Assembly: GCA_964512695.1 (NCBI GenBank)
Contig: CAZEJU010000001.1
Location: 7,803 to 71,802, forward strand
DNA: 64,000 bases
Origin: an uncultured Gammaproteobacteria bacterium
GTDB lineage: Bacteria; Patescibacteriota; Microgenomatia; Levybacterales; UBA12049
Direction of reading: 5' to 3'
The notes beneath the pieces were generated by a model. It did not search any database. It was not told where the DNA came from and was given only the letters and a program-made list of their open reading frames with translations. Every line of letters starts with the position of its first letter. The stretch's first letter is position 1. Shown piece by piece: positions 61,579-64,000 of this stretch. The translations under genes were made by a program, and so were the position numbers.

Positions 61579-62016
61579 ATGAGGTGTAACTTCTGTTATC
61601 CTAATAAATCATTTAAACACTTATGTATTAAACAATATAGATTTTGGAGACTAGAGTTAGGTTGTAATCAATATTTCCTCGGAAAGTCGCTACTAATCCT
61701 TAATAGACACTTAGAAGATTTTATGGAAATATCTACTGAAGAACAAAAAGAGCTGTTTATAATTAGTAAAAAAGTAAAAAAAGCTTTAAATATTTTATTT
61801 AAACCTGATAAATTTAATTATTCTAGTTTGGGAAATGAACAGAACCATGTACATTGGCACATCGTTCCTCGTTATATGCGAAGCAGAAACTATAATGGTG
61901 TTTACTTCGAAGATAAAATTTGGGGCAGAAACTATGCTCATTATGATAAAACTTTTACAATCTCTAAAGAGATTGAGCAATATATTGTTCAGGCAATACA
62001 AAAAAACTTACAATGA
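61579..62016 (+). CDS. HIT-family hydrolase
   Basis: Histidine triad HVHWHIVPR. Confidence 0.7.
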   Translation: MRCNFCYPNKSFKHLCIKQYRFWRLELGCNQYFLGKSLLILNRHLEDFMEISTEEQKELFIISKKVKKALNILFKPDKFNYSSLGNEQNHVHWHIVPRYMRSRNYNGVYFEDKIWGRNYAHYDKTFTISKEIEQYIVQAIQKNLQ

Positions 62017-62555
62017 AACTCTTACTCATCCGACATGGACAAACAGATATAAATGGAACTGGTTATATGCATAAAATTCATGATCCTGTTAGCTTAAACG
62101 ATACTGGAAAGAAACAAGCGAAAGCATTAGTACCTATCTTAGAAATGCACCAAGTAGAGGCTATTTATTCTTCGCCAGAAAGAAGAGCTATAGATACAGC
62201 AGAAACACTTTCAGCTTCACTCAATATTCCAGTTATAACAACACCTAATCTGGAAGAGAGAAACTTCGGAGAGCTGCAGAAACTGCCTTATAGAGAAATA
62301 AAAGAAAAACTTGATGCCCTGTCCATCGAAAAACGGTATTTATTTAAACCTCCTGGGGGAGAGTCATGGGAAGAAATGGATAAAAGACTCCAACTTTTCT
62401 TAAAGGAAATAAAGAAAAAATCATACGCATCAATCGCTATGGTCACGCACGAAGGCGTACTACGGGCACTCATAACATTAATCAACCAAGAACCAAAAGA
62501 AAAAAGTCTCGAAAAACACTTTGATAACGGTTCATGTAGTGTAATTGAAATATAA
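62013..62555 (+). CDS. Histidine phosphatase (phosphoglycerate-mutase-like) family protein
   Basis: LLLIRHGQTD (RHG motif), SSPERRAIDTA, THEGVLRAL. Confidence 0.75.
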   Translation: MKLLLIRHGQTDINGTGYMHKIHDPVSLNDTGKKQAKALVPILEMHQVEAIYSSPERRAIDTAETLSASLNIPVITTPNLEERNFGELQKLPYREIKEKLDALSIEKRYLFKPPGGESWEEMDKRLQLFLKEIKKKSYASIAMVTHEGVLRALITLINQEPKEKSLEKHFDNGSCSVIEI

Positions 62556-62560
62556 AACTT

Positions 62561-63250
62561 CTAAAGAATCCTTAGTCCCTGGAGTAGTTTTTCGGTTGAT
62601 TCTTCGTCTGAGCCACCAGCGATATAAAATGCACGATTACTATCTATTACGACCATACAAAGTATATTCGTCATAGAAAGATCAACATTATACATACATA
62701 AACCAGATTTACCATTAACTGTGTAATTTTTTTCATATGTCCTGTCTGTAATCATACCTTCTCCATTAGAAGACGATTGTTTATAGAGAAATTGATGTCT
62801 CGAACCCCCATCATACGCTCGAATATTTACTGTATATACGAGGAATTGATATCCTTCTTTCAAGTTAAGAGTAACATAATCACTTGTAGCTGTCGCTTTG
62901 TATATTTGTGGATCATATGCGACTTCAAACGTTTTATCTCCACTTTGCATAGTGGTCCATCCTGCCGGTACTGAATAGGTAAGAGATTTAATTGATTCCT
63001 TTTTACTATTTTGTCCGGGGTTTATTGTCTCTGAAATATATGCCGTAGCGACCGGAGACGCGGTCGCTTGTTTATTCATCTCTCCCGTCTCAGTTGGTGG
63101 TATGTCAACCTTAGAAGAACCATGACGTAAACCTGCAGAATATGATAAATAAGACACCAATAACACAAAAACAATGCCAGCAATAATGAAAAATATTTTT
63201 TTAAATTTATTTGTACTTTGTGGTTCCTGTATCGTGCTTCGCTCTTCCAT
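62561..63250 (-). CDS. Membrane-anchored hypothetical protein
   Basis: 229-aa ORF with one N-terminal TM helix. No recognised family. Confidence 0.4.
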   Translation of the reverse strand: MEERSTIQEPQSTNKFKKIFFIIAGIVFVLLVSYLSYSAGLRHGSSKVDIPPTETGEMNKQATASPVATAYISETINPGQNSKKESIKSLTYSVPAGWTTMQSGDKTFEVAYDPQIYKATATSDYVTLNLKEGYQFLVYTVNIRAYDGGSRHQFLYKQSSSNGEGMITDRTYEKNYTVNGKSGLCMYNVDLSMTNILCMVVIDSNRAFYIAGGSDEESTEKLLQGLRIL

Positions 63251-63316
63251 ATAACACTACGATAATATACGAAAAGAACACTGTCAACAAGGAAAAGCTG
63301 TGTTATAATCACATTC

Positions 63317-64000
63317 ATGCAGCCTCAGAGATACTTTATAATTGACTTTGATAGTACACTTGTAACAGTAGAAGCATTGGACGAACTTGCAAAAATCGTA
63401 TTGAAAAATAATGCAAAGAAAGAAACGGTTTTGGAAGAAATAAAACGAACGACTTCTTTAGGTATGGATGGTACAATAAGTTTTCCAGAATCCTTAGCTA
63501 AACGACTTGTATTATTTCAACCTAATAAAGAACATATCCAAAAACTTATAACACATTTAAAGAAACAAATTACACCTTCTATACTCTCGAACAAAGCGTT
63601 TTTTAAAGAAAATGCACAATGTATCTATATTATTTCAGGCGGATTTAAGGAGTATATTTACCCAGTTATAAAAGGATTTGGTATTCCCGAAGATCATATT
63701 TTAGCTAATACGTTCACATTCGCTAAAAATGGAAATGTTACAGGTTTTGATAAAACAAACCCCCTCAGCCAAGAAGATGGAAAAGTAAAACAAATAAGAA
63801 AACTTAAGCTTCAAGGAGAAGTGTATGTGATAGGAGATGGATTTACTGATTATCAAATTAGGGAAAAAGGTCAAGCAACAAAATTTTTCGCTTTTACAGA
63901 AAATGTTAAGAGAGAAATTATTACAGAGAAAGCAGACGATATTGTCAAATCATTTGACGAATTACTTTACAAACTACAGATGCCACGTTCTTTATCTTTT
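63317..64000 (+). CDS. HAD-IB hydrolase, phosphoserine-phosphatase-like (3' end outside the window)
   Basis: My translation from the ATG at 63317: MQPQRYFIIDFDSTLVTVEALDEL.. (DxDxT motif) ..ISGGF.. ..VIGDGFTDYQ... The frame is open to the window end and is absent from the ORF track because it has no stop. Confidence 0.6.
   Translation, partial: MQPQRYFIIDFDSTLVTVEALDELAKIVLKNNAKKETVLEEIKRTTSLGMDGTISFPESLAKRLVLFQPNKEHIQKLITHLKKQITPSILSNKAFFKENAQCIYIISGGFKEYIYPVIKGFGIPEDHILANTFTFAKNGNVTGFDKTNPLSQEDGKVKQIRKLKLQGEVYVIGDGFTDYQIREKGQATKFFAFTENVKREIITEKADDIVKSFDELLYKLQMPRSLSF

Overview
AT-rich bacterial chromosome segment, with a small-genome, Patescibacteria/CPR-like character (my inference from the domain-reduced housekeeping proteins and overall gene content). 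All calls come from reading the sequence and ORF translations by eye; no searches or folding programs were run.

**Ordinary content**
- Housekeeping genes: typA, a short tig, thrS-infC-rpmI-rplT, pheS-pheT, tyrS, recG and a class A PBP.
- Eight intact tRNA genes: Gln, Gly, Phe, Val x2, Leu x3.
- Cell-wall enzymes, an archaeal-type PEP carboxylase and an aminotransferase.

**Main finding: a paralogue array with one amino-acid sensor per unit**
- It spans about 20 kb (23.7-43.1 kb), with a satellite locus at 55.8-58.9 kb.
- It contains six very divergent GCS2 / glutamine-synthetase-fold carboxylate-amine-ligase-like paralogues (459-619 aa), four ATP-grasp-like proteins, two M20 peptidases and a DUF62 (SAM hydrolase-like) gene.
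- These form about nine separate transcription units. Most units have a near-consensus TTGACA-17-TAnnnT promoter. Each sits behind a different amino-acid-specific transcription attenuator.
- Leader peptides are rich in Met (MHYIKVENMMAMMMTS), Ile/Val/Leu (..SIIVVLLVTH), Phe (..NFFFFFT..), Asn (MNIMNNN..) and Thr (..GTTTTTTLS), plus a possible Cys one (..VCCV..).
- Two leaders are T-box-like. One has a likely UAC (Tyr) specifier upstream of a ligase gene plus tyrS.
- One leader is S-box/SAM-I-like.
- This regulatory logic implies each paralogue is induced by shortage of one specific amino acid or SAM. The biochemical function is unknown, and I know of no described system that matches it.

**Other observations**
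- A canonical A_AAA_AAG -1 frameshift site links two large ORFs.
- A GIY-YIG cassette lies between a full and a disrupted tRNA-Gln copy.
- The 3' end of tRNA-Gly is tandemly repeated.
- A genome-wide family of heptamer-periodic inverted repeats flanks a four-helix-bundle gene and also occurs inside the pheS and recG coding sequences and inside a T-box leader.
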